Shown one piece after another: positions 10,194 through 19,793 of a DNA stretch of 64,000 bases. Source of the DNA: Eukaryota sp. GEM-RC1 (lineage: Eukaryota); contig JAUFOQ010000003.1 of assembly GCA_040285855.1 (NCBI GenBank), positions 1,302,001 to 1,366,000 on the forward strand. The letters run 5' to 3'. Position numbers and translations under genes: made by a program. A model generated the notes under the pieces. That model did no database searches and had not been told where the DNA came from. It was given only the letters and a program-made list of their open reading frames with translations. Within the stretch, counting starts at the first letter, position 1; each line of letters opens with the position of its first letter.

Positions 10194-12648
10194 TTAACTA
10201 ACACTACTATATCCCCCCATCACCCTCGCAAACATCACAGCCAACGAAAACGACTCCTTATATCCAATCCCACAACAATACTCACACATCACTTCACGAA
10301 ATTCCTCCAATATTCCCAAACACTGTTCATCACAAGCCAATTCATCATTTAAATCTAGTATCGACACAACAAAAGTATTGGTCAACGACAACACATTAAA
10401 GTACTTGTCCCTATCATTCAAATGAAAACTCAAAATTTTGGCCATCAATAAATTTAAATCTTTTAACAACTGAAGTTTCAAACTCATATGTGATTGACAT
10501 TCTGATGTTGAATCATTTTGGTTCCAATGCAGTGGTACAATATCGTGGACAATTGTTAGAATCTTTGTTTCTGTCTGCATGGCAATACTATGAGTATTGT
10601 TCAAATTGTTTTCAAAATCTGTCTGAAGACCAAGTGAATTTGGTAATCTGTTGATAGATTCAGTGACCTCATGATCTGTAACTTTTTTTGATAATTTCAA
10701 ACTAGGTAAATTCGAATTTGGTTTGAGAGTATTTCGAGACAATAGATTTGGTCTCAATTTAGGCAAAGTAGTAACTTTGGTTGTTTTTTTCAGTTTTGGA
10801 ACAGGCTTGTTAAAAATTAAATCAGAATTGATGGCACTTACACTTTGACCATTGAGACACTCATCTTCATCATCATTCACAACAAAATCATTCATACTAG
10901 ACGACGCATCGTCATCATCATCAGTTTCATCATCTCCACTATCACTTCCAGAGACAACAACTTCATTATCGAATAATTCTAAAACTGAATCAGAAGTGGT
11001 ATTCAAATTTTGAATTTTTGGAACATCTTCCACCAAATCTTCCTCAATTTCTTCATTGACTGGATCAAGAACATCAACAGTTTCCATACTTTCACCAACA
11101 ATAGAAATAATATTGGACGAAAATTCATCAAAAGTTTTCAACACAGAAGGCCAATTTCTAACAATTCTTTCATCTTCTAATGGCAAAGGATAAAGAGGTT
11201 TAGTAACCGGTCGACAGGGGTGAAAAGTGGAATAATACCACTGATAAAGGTCAATTCTTGGTTTGGGAAATCTAGAAGAAATATCTAAAATTTTAATTGA
11301 GTTCCAGTTCTTCACCCTACTCAATGTAACGTACAATTGGGCATATTCCCAAAAATTTAATGATACTTCAATTCCTTCAATTGTTAGTCCCTGAGATCTA
11401 TGGACTGTTATTGCCCAACAAGAACGAAGAGGATATTGCAATCGGTATGCTATAATTACAGGCTTTTTTCTTCTCATTCAACACCTCAATTTCAAATTTA
11501 GTCGGAATAATTTTGATTGGTTCTTCGTCCCTCCCGAATCTTACATTAATGAAATGTGAAGTTTCTGAAAAATCAATAATTTTGCCTTTTGACCCATTTA
11601 CTAGGCCCAGATCTGGTTTGTTTTGAGTAAACATTACCAAACCCCCGACGACACAGTGAAATTTTTGTTCGGCAAAATCGTTTAGCCTACTTGATAATTT
11701 TTTTACATTTAAATCAACAGCCTTTTCCATTTGTTCCTCATTAGGCTTACCAAATGCCCAACTTTTAACAATTTCTGATTTAATTAAGGGTTCATTGAAC
11801 TTATCGAGGGAATGAAATTCAACATTTTCATTCCCTTGTTCACATAATAATTCAAATTGCTTTAAATTTTCGTCGGCGACATCCTTGTTTCTAGCAAATA
11901 ATTTGGTTGGACTTTCAATATTTTTGGCTAATGACTTATGTTTCAATAAAATATGTTTCATATAGTCATCAAAAAGTCCGAGACGTATTTCATTCAAAAA
12001 ATTATAAAAATTGACATCACCTTGTTGTCGGATACTTCCAGATAATTCAATAAAATTTAAATTCAAGTCCTTCCAAGACTGTGATGAAAACGTAAAGTCT
12101 GAAAGTTGAAGAACAGTCCGTGTGTTTGAATCAGATTTTACAATTGGTGCAAGTTGCAAAAAATCACCAAATATTACAACTTGAAGTCCACCAAATGGTA
12201 ACTGAGACTTCAGTAAATCTTTAAATATATCTGATGCTCTGTTGAATAGTTCAGCAGTCAACATTGAAATTTCATCAATAACAAGCATTGAATTTCGAGC
12301 ACTTATAGTTCTTAAAACAGATTTAACACTCGAAGGCATAGACCGAATGACATCAGATATTGGTTTTTCATTACGGATAAAATTATAACCAAAGAGAGAG
12401 TGTAGTGTTTGACCACCAAAGACAGTTGAAGCAACACCAGTAGTAGCAGTAAAAAAGACATGGCCACCTGGTCTCATTATCTTGGAACCCGCATTAGACC
12501 ACCACTGTTTAAGACAGTACAGTAGGTAAGACTTGCCCGATCCGGCACCACCAGTAATGAAGAAATTCTTACGCTTAGAAGGTCTTGCATGAGTAATAGC
12601 TTGGAAGACCTGAGCCTGTTCGTCTGTAAGTGTGTTGATAATGGACAT
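10194..12648 (-). CDS. PIF1-family (SF1B) DNA helicase with long acidic/unknown C-terminal extension; one frameshift near 11470
   Basis: Motif I GGAGSGKS, TATTGVAS, GQTLHS, motif II IDEISM, PFGGLQVVIFGDFLQLAP, IRQ, NGSKG; second frame continues RLQYPL...AITVHRSQGLT, QLYVTLSRV. Confidence 0.92.
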
Positions 12649-13102
12649 TGAGTGTGTGAAGTGGTGATGTTTAAGATGCAGATTGTGCAGGGAAACTTTC
12701 CTTTCACTATAATTTATATATCTACCTCCACTTTATGGAAAATGCTGGTCGTACATAATTCTTAGAAGCTTGTTCTATCATGATGAGCTTTCTATCGTCT
12801 CATATGTCAAATTATATGTCTATGTAAAACGTGATGTTGGTGCTGAGATTGAGCTTGATGACAAGCAATGTTTCTTGTCCTTGGACTACTTTCGAGCACT
12901 TCAACACATATCCGAGTCTTTTAAAGTCACCCCCTTGGTCTTACAAATCAAACATGAGATCTCTCTCCTAGCCCTCGTTGATGCCATTCTATCTGAAGAC
13001 AAGGTATCTTCTGCTTCTGTTTCACTAAATCCAAGGTAATTCCTCCTCCTCCCTACACAGCTGATGTTCCTCGTAGAAGTAGAACACCCCGATTTGTGTT
13101 CT

Positions 13103-13709
13103 CTATATGTCGAATGTAATCTCCTTATTGCTATTTGTTATAAAATACAACTGTTCTTTATACTTAAACAATGAATCAATGAAACTCACAAACTCCTTGT
13201 CACAATCTGCATCACATTCACAAATCTCATTCACATCAAACAAGTTGAACAACGAAGACACCCTTTTAACAACAACGGACATGTCAACAAACTCCTCATC
13301 TTGACTGTTCTCACACATAAGTATTATATCTGTCAATGTTTCAGAACATCCTGTAAACTCTTGGAATACTTCAGTAAGTAACAATTCCCTACATTCATCA
13401 CCATTCAAGGATAGTAGCAAAACTGTCAATACTTTAACTAGACACTGTCGATCATTAATACTCCAAAGAAATTCGGAAATCCATGGTACCCTTTTTAAGA
13501 TCATCTGGTAAGTCAGATGTTGACACTTCCGTTATGTGGATGGATTTAGTTCTCCATGAATTGTATGTTCCATAAGGAAGAAGAACAAGTGACAAATTAA
13601 CTGCATGCTTATCAGCAAGCTTTACAACAAGTTTCATATATGTTTTGATGGTACGGGAACGACTTTCTTGTTCAGAAGTATTTCTGAGTTTGAAGATTGA
13701 GTAGGACAT
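13103..13709 (-). CDS. Hypothetical protein (two overlapping ORFs, probably one frameshifted gene) inside the PIF1/Fanzor region
   Basis: ORFs 13455-13709 and 13103-13504 overlap at an A run; no recognisable motif. Confidence 0.35.
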
Positions 13710-13856
13710 GGGAAATTCTGGTATAGACTTTATTACAGATTTCGTTTTTTAACACGTGAATTCACACACACATGTCCATTACAGTCTGTGTGGGATTTCA
13801 TTTTCCTTCCTCCTACAGTATAAATGTCGTTTGTTCTGCATCCAAACAGATGTTGT

Positions 13857-14116
13857 CCGCCATCCTGTCCTTATCTGACTCAACTTGTGACTGTTTCCAT
13901 TGCACGGTTTCGGGCTCAGTTGAGTTTAGATAAGGACAGTTCTTCTCCCTCCACTGCCGTTGCTTCTCCCTCTACTGCCGTTGCTGTGATGACTGCCGTT
14001 GCTTTCCCCACTGCCGTTGCTGTGATGATGCCGCCATTCTGTCCTTATCTGACTCAACTTGTGACTGACTCCTTTGCACGGTTTCGGGCTCAGTTGAGTT
14101 TAGATAAGGACAGTTC
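13857..14116 (+). repeat. Direct repeat of an approximately 86-bp unit, each containing a 75-nt hairpin, separated by ACTGCCGTTGCT minirepeats
   Basis: Units at 13857-13942 and 14031-14116. CTGTCCTTATCT...AGATAAGGACAG forms a perfect 12-bp inverted repeat, with further inner stems. Confidence 0.9.
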
Positions 14117-14150
14117 ATTCTGTGTTTTATCAACACATACATTTGTTGCC

Positions 14151-17100
14151 ATGAAGTACTCGTCTCCCCTGTTTATCCCTTCCCATCCTCCGTTCCCAAA
14201 AGACCTCACCGCTGATGGTGATATTGAATCCAATCCAGGACCCGTAACTCAAGAAGCCATAAACTCAGTTTATCCTCATCAATGGGTTGATGACGAAGCG
14301 ATAGTGGAGTACTGTAAAGTGATATTTCAAGAAGCAGAGTTAGACTTTGAAAGCATGTTTATCCATCCGACCACATGGCTTCAATACATTGTTTCACCAG
14401 ATGTCCCGCTAGATCAATGGTTGTTGACGAAAATTCAGCGAAATCAAAGAACAAACTCCAAATACCTCTTTGTTCCCCTTAGTGATACCATGACTAGAAA
14501 TGCTAATTATTCCAGAGAAGGTGTCACTGGTTCTCATTGGGGTTTAGCCATTATAGACTGTTGTGAAAAGGAATGGATCTTCATTGATCCAATGTTAACT
14601 AGCGAAGATATGAGTAAGTCTATGGTAAAATCAGCTGTAGACATATTATCCGAAGTACTTGTGCCATGGGGGTATGTTTTCCGTTATGTGCCTGTGACTA
14701 AAACACAGTCTGCTAACGACTGTGGAGTTTATGTCATTGCGTATATTCAAAAATATGTTGAACTTTTTAAAAGACTCACGTATGTTCCGTCTCTGATGTA
14801 TTTGGAAACTTATTTGGTCCAAGTGAACAATGAACTTCAAGCAGACATATTTCGTGAAAAAATTCTGGATGTATTGTCTCAACAAAGGACACTTTATCTG
14901 CAACAACGTCAAACCACAGTAGCTCCTATTGTACCATCGTTACCCATTCAACCTCCTGCCGGTGAAGAACGTCCAACCACTTCAATTCCTCTCACAGGTT
15001 CACGTCTTGCTAGCACTAAAACATCTACTGGTTTAAGCACTAAAAAAAGTAAGCCCAAAATTTCTGATATTCCATCACCACGAGGTTCACCTTTAATTCA
15101 ACGAAATAAATTTAGAACTACCAGCTCCCTTGTTTCAACTGGTGACACTCCAATACGAAAGACTCACCGCCGTATGTCCACATTGGAATCATCTGAAGTA
15201 ACATCATCTGAATTACCTCCATCACCATCTGAATTACCACCATCTGAACTACCACCAAAATCACAGGCCTCCATTATGTCGTATCCATTGCCAATTCAAA
15301 AGAAATTCATAATATGGAAGTAAATCTACACACTGAGCCTATCGAACAAGAAATACAAATTCAAGACTTTCTTAAATCCCCTCTTCTTTGGAATAATCTT
15401 CCCACTTTTTGTTTAATTGACGTTCAAAGTGATTTTGCCAAAAAGAAAGAATTAATGGCAGAAATGTTCAACTTGTTCAAGAAGATGATGATGACATTGA
15501 AACTGTTGAAGGTGAAGCTGAAGATCAATTCGAAGTTAAACGTGATTCTTCTGTTGATCCGATTGTATCAATTTCCATCCAGATCATTGATCACAATGAG
15601 TTTAATGAAAAACATTTATTTTCTCATGGCAATTTTGATACTACAAACTTGGATTTGTGTACTTTACATATTTCAGATAGTGAATCCAGTATGCTTAAAA
15701 ACTTCATCTCCTTCATTACTCAACATTGTCCACGATTGTTTGTGAGTTATGACTTTCACTTAGATACATTTCCCTTTCTTTTATCACGTTGTAAAGTCCT
15801 CAAAATCAATACAACGTTTACTTTTCCAGAATTTAAACCCTATATTCCCTTTTGGTTCAACAAATGGTGTAAGGAAACAACTTTTGGTCCGTTTTTTAGT
15901 CTCGATTTGAATGCTGTACTGAAGAATTTTTATGTCTTTACTGGTGGCCGTTTTTTGGAAAATGTTGTTCAAATTTTTCTTGAAATGAATAATTTTTCTA
16001 AAAATGAAACTGTCAAACGCTTGGAAGTACTTTATCATGACTCTGATCCTGATGAAGTTCAATTGGTCAATAATGTCCAAAACTTACATGGCATAATTGA
16101 CAGTATTAATGTTTTAGTTCCAGACAATCCCAAAGTGAAGGTCGATAAGATTGAAAAGAAATTTGTAAAAAATTTGGAGAAAGTAAATGAACTTTGGGCC
16201 AAGGAATCGACAAAACCGCTATTGTTGATCAACTCAATTCAACAATTACCTCTGATTGAGTACTTGTTGGCTGACCTATTGGATCCCAAAAAGCAAACAT
16301 TACGTTCAAAGTCACCAATGAAAGTGGTTAAGAAACGACTGGACAATGTTGTATCCAAAGCGAAGGTTAAATTTATTGAATCTCGTGTTAAGAGAGCTCA
16401 CCAAGTAAGAGTCCGTAGTACTCTCTTTTTGAAACATTTTTTTGTTCATAATTTTCACCATTCAGGTATTTTAGGTTACATTTAGAAGTTACTGCCTGCT
16501 GTTTCAAATGTAACTGTTAAGGAAGAAATGAATTCTGATACAGATGAGTCAACTGAAGAAGAAACAGATGTACATTCAGAGTCTATCGATGCTACTGCTC
16601 CTCCCGTTAAATTAGAAAATATTGAAGATGCGAGTGGTGAACCTGAACCTGACCTTTGGACTAGAATTCAAACTACCAAAATTGAATTGCCAGACTGGAA
16701 GAATTTTTTTACGTTGAAATCAATGGAACAAGTGTTGTCTATGATGACGATTAGGGACCACAAACTTGTAAACAATCAGAATCATATTGAGACTGTAAAA
16801 GAGTCTTTAGAAAACATAATTTCTAACACAAATGATGGCCCAACTCAAAATCAGTTTGCTCAACATTTCTTGATGCATTACATTCCTCGTTTAGAAATAG
16901 CTGCTCGATCTGTTGGACTTGATAGGATTGTGTTTCCCAGTAGTCATCGTTTATCTCCTATATTGCATTACATGGCTACAGAAATTATTACAAATTACAA
17001 GACTAACATGAGTGAACACTTTCACGAATATGTTTTTCAAGTATTTAATTTGGTTACCCTGAAAAAAGATAGACTTAACAAGCTTAGTGATAAGAATCAA

Positions 17101-19260
17101 CGACAAGAGTTGTGTACAAAGCTTAATGAAGTCAGACAGTTGATCATTAATGGGGAAATTTCAAAAATTAATTTTCAAGATGTTGAAGTGTTTCCTGATC
17201 CCAATTCTAGAGAGAGAGATGTTTATTCGGCACCCAATAAGGTAACCTTTCTACAAACTATAAACTCCCAATTCTAGACTGAGTTTACTATTTTTTAATT
17301 ATTTGTTTACTTTTTTTGAAGGTAAAATGGAGAAAACAATCTATTATGCTGAAAAAGTAGATCCTTTGAAATTCTTAAGTCATGCAGTGTATTTAAAACG
17401 TCTTGTTGAAGACTCTTGTACTGGTGTTACTGCCAATAATCCTTTTCCTCTGACAAAATCATTGATTCCTAATCATATCAGATTGGATACTACATGGTTT
17501 AAAAAAGTTTATGCATCAGAAATTAAAGGTAGCTTTGATGACGTTCGAAAAGATATTGGCACTCAGTTTTGAAACCAAAGTTTCTTCCAAAGTCATTGTC
17601 TCATGACTTCAAATACAGTTCTATTTCTACAGATGGAGTTAGCTGTAGTTTAATGATGATGCGGAAAGATCTGCTTGATGGGAGAGGAAATCCTCATAAG
17701 AAGGTGAAAGCTGTTGACTACACAGCTACTGAAAGGTACATTGATTCTTTGAGTTCCACAGAAATTCAAAACTTAAATTTGAAATCAAAAAGAATTGTTG
17801 CTATTGATCCTAATCAGCATGATTTGATGTATTGTGCTTCTTTAAAATCTAAGGAGGAAAAGAAAATCGAAGGTTTCGATACATCAGCCAATCTCAGAAG
17901 AAGAACGATTTGTCCAAAATCGTCAAAGAAAAAAAGGAAGCTTGAAAAAATTAAAAAAGGAATTGAAGGATTGGAAAGACGCACCTACTATTGACAAACC
18001 ATCAACTGTCAAGTTGAAAAATCGAGACAATTGGAAAGTATTCAGATACACTGCTGGGGAACGCAATGCCGATATTAAAAAGTCTCCATGGAAAAGAAAA
18101 AAACAAGGAAGGAAAGAAAAAGAGCTAAGAGAAAGAAGAGGAAGCTGGAGAAGAAAATAAGACGATACAATCTCCACCGTTTATCTGAATCCGAACGGTT
18201 ACAACAATATTCTACTCAATTTATTCACATTCCAGATGGCAGACGCATTGACATAAATGGGCAACAAATTTTAGATCAATGGGGCTCTAACTCGCCAGGC
18301 AGTAGATCTTGTGATTTGACTCAGTATTCTGATTTTGTTCTTGGTAAAGAAATTACCTGTTCTTTATTACGATCACCCACTACTGATCAAAGAACTACTG
18401 AAGGAATTTACGAAGAAAAGTGGTTTAGGAGGAATCGTCTCACACAGTATTCAAGAAAGGAACGAAGTGAGAAAAACATGCTTCACAGATTTGCTCTCCA
18501 ATTTGGTAACCCAGATGAAGTCGTTGTTGGGTATGGAGACTGGAACGACACTACTTTTCGTCGAAGAAGAGGTAAAGCATCTACTGTAAAAGGTGCTTCA
18601 ATTCGGAAATTATTGGGAAAATTTGGATTTAAAGTGTTCCTAGTTGATGAATTTAAGACCAGCAAATGTTGCTCTGCATGTGTTTCCAGAAACGACGAAG
18701 GTATCTGTTCCAATCCTGAAAGGATAAAAGTCACTGATCCTCATTGGAAGAAGAAGTTACAGAAGGAAGAGAAAAGAATTAAAAAAGGAAATTATGGAAC
18801 ACAATCAATTAGACAATATTGTGGAGCGTAACTTTGAAAAGAATGGACAGACCAGTTGCCATTTTCGAAAGAAAGATTGAAGAACAACAAAGTCTCACCA
18901 TGGGGCTTAGTTGAATGTGCTAAATGTCATGTCCTCTGGAATAGAGACTTCAACTCTGCTATCAATATTTACAATATTGTAAATGGAACCATTCAAGGTC
19001 AAGGTAGACCTGCCATCCTCGAGAGACCAAAATCTCAAACAACACCTGTTGTGGATGGCGGGAATACAGATCAGATTCCTAAGAAAAAGACTGTGAGTAA
19101 GGGTAAGGGTAAGGCAAAACGTCCTCCAACAACTGTCAGAGGTCCTAACAAGTGTCGTATATGTTCTCAACCTGGACATAACAAAACAACTTGTCCAAAT
19201 AAGCCTAAGAAAGATGTACCCAAGGACTCACACGTAAACCAGAAAGATCAGGAATCTTGA
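14151..19260 (+). CDS. Putative multidomain Fanzor1 polyprotein: 2A peptide, Ulp1/SENP8-like protease, PolB exonuclease-like domain, Fanzor (RuvC), CCHC knuckle; broken by frameshifts, two in-frame TAGs and/or introns
   Basis: Consecutive same-strand ORFs join at homopolymer runs. Domain motifs are listed in the sub-features. The upstream in-frame ATG at 13824 is an alternative start. Confidence 0.7.
14202..14243 (+). other. 2A / StopGo ribosomal skipping peptide
   Basis: DLTADGDIESNPGP matches the D(V/I)ExNPG|P consensus with the typical upstream L..xGD. Confidence 0.9.
14244..14880 (+). other. Ulp1/C48 cysteine protease domain (SENP8/DEN1-like)
   Basis: WVDDEAI, LFVPLSD...GSHWGLAII, FIDP, QSANDCGVYV: His-Asp-Gln-Cys catalytic motifs intact. 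Confidence 0.88.
15390..16010 (+). other. Family-B DNA polymerase 3'-5' exonuclease-like domain, probably catalytically degenerate
   Basis: Across two frames: FCLIDVQ (ExoI DxE changed to DxQ), DPIVSISI, ESSMLKNFISFITQHCPRLFVSYDFHLDTFPFLLSRC (ExoII-like), FSLDL, FLENVVQIFL. Confidence 0.6.
16290..19030 (+). other. Fanzor1 (eukaryotic TnpB homologue) domain region
   Basis: N-terminal VVKKRL...VKRAHQ...TLFLK; PFPLTKSLIPNHIRLDT; ISTDGVSCSL; RuvC-I AIDPN (D at 17806); FRYT; YGDW; RuvC-II VDEFKTSKCCSAC (E at 18649); CAKC and RuvC-III WNRDFNSAINI (D at 18946). Confidence 0.92.
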
Positions 19261-19394
19261 ATCTATGAAGTTAGCTCGTCTTAAAAGACTTTGCGAATGA
19301 GGACATTTATTTGTTCAAACTGTGGGTTTTGCTCTATGAGATCATGAAAATGTGAAGGGTTATGCCCTTATGCATTTGGAATGAAATTCACAGT
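19246..19394 (+). ncRNA. Putative Fanzor omegaRNA scaffold
   Basis: Directly 3' of the Fanzor ORF. Hand-predicted stems: GTCTT/AAGAC (19278-19289), GGACA/TGTTC (19301-19316), ACTGTGGGTTTT/GAAATTCACAGT (19319-19330 with 19383-19394), AAATGTGAAGGG/CCCTTATGCATTT (19348-19377). Confidence 0.6.
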
Positions 19395-19449
19395 AGTAAG
19401 GTAGAAGACAATTTCAATGGGAAATTTGAACTTTGAGGATGTTGATTAG
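19395..19449 (+). mobile_element. 3'-terminal coding fragment of the CRE-like non-LTR retroelement
   Basis: Reads KVEDNF...GNLNFEDVD*, compared with KVGENFQLGNLDFEDIDY* at 39837-39895 (minus strand); nucleotide similarity is also visible. Confidence 0.75.
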
Positions 19450-19793
19450 AGTGTTTAATTCTGACGCGTACGTGTTTCGTTCGAGAAAAACAATGATCAA
19501 AAAAAACTAAGTGTACAAAGTTTACTTAGTGAACTATATTTTACAGATACGGAGTCAAATAATTGAAGAAACATTGTACTACTCGAATTAAATAAATTCT
19601 AAAATAACTAAGCCTATCGAAAATTGAGCCAACAGAAGTAAATAAATACAACCTTGGCATCAGTCTAGGACCAAAACAAAAAAGAATCTAATCAGATACT
19701 AATCAACGACTAAATCTCACGTAATACAAAACCAAAAAGCATCATATTCTCAACTTCAATCAATATTGAACAGAGACATAAAAAACCACAAAA

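Noticed and set aside
13857..14116. CRISPR-like array upstream of the Fanzor
   Set aside because: Only two long repeat units, and the intervening sequence is itself made of minirepeats rather than unique spacers.
16483..17277. Alternative genetic code (TAG/TAA as Gln) explaining in-frame stops
   Set aside because: Conserved host genes in the window end in TAA, TAG and TGA at expected positions and have no internal stops.
13786..19395. Terminal inverted repeat between TGTGGGATTTCATT (about 13789) and AATGAAATTCACAG (about 19380)
   Set aside because: Short, gapped match with no TSD; the right-hand sequence is better explained by the local omegaRNA stem.
19348..19397. Canonical Helitron 3' end (hairpin plus CTRR)
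   Set aside because: A hairpin is present but the terminus reads CAGTAG rather than CTRR, and no Rep/HUH domain is seen; left unassigned.
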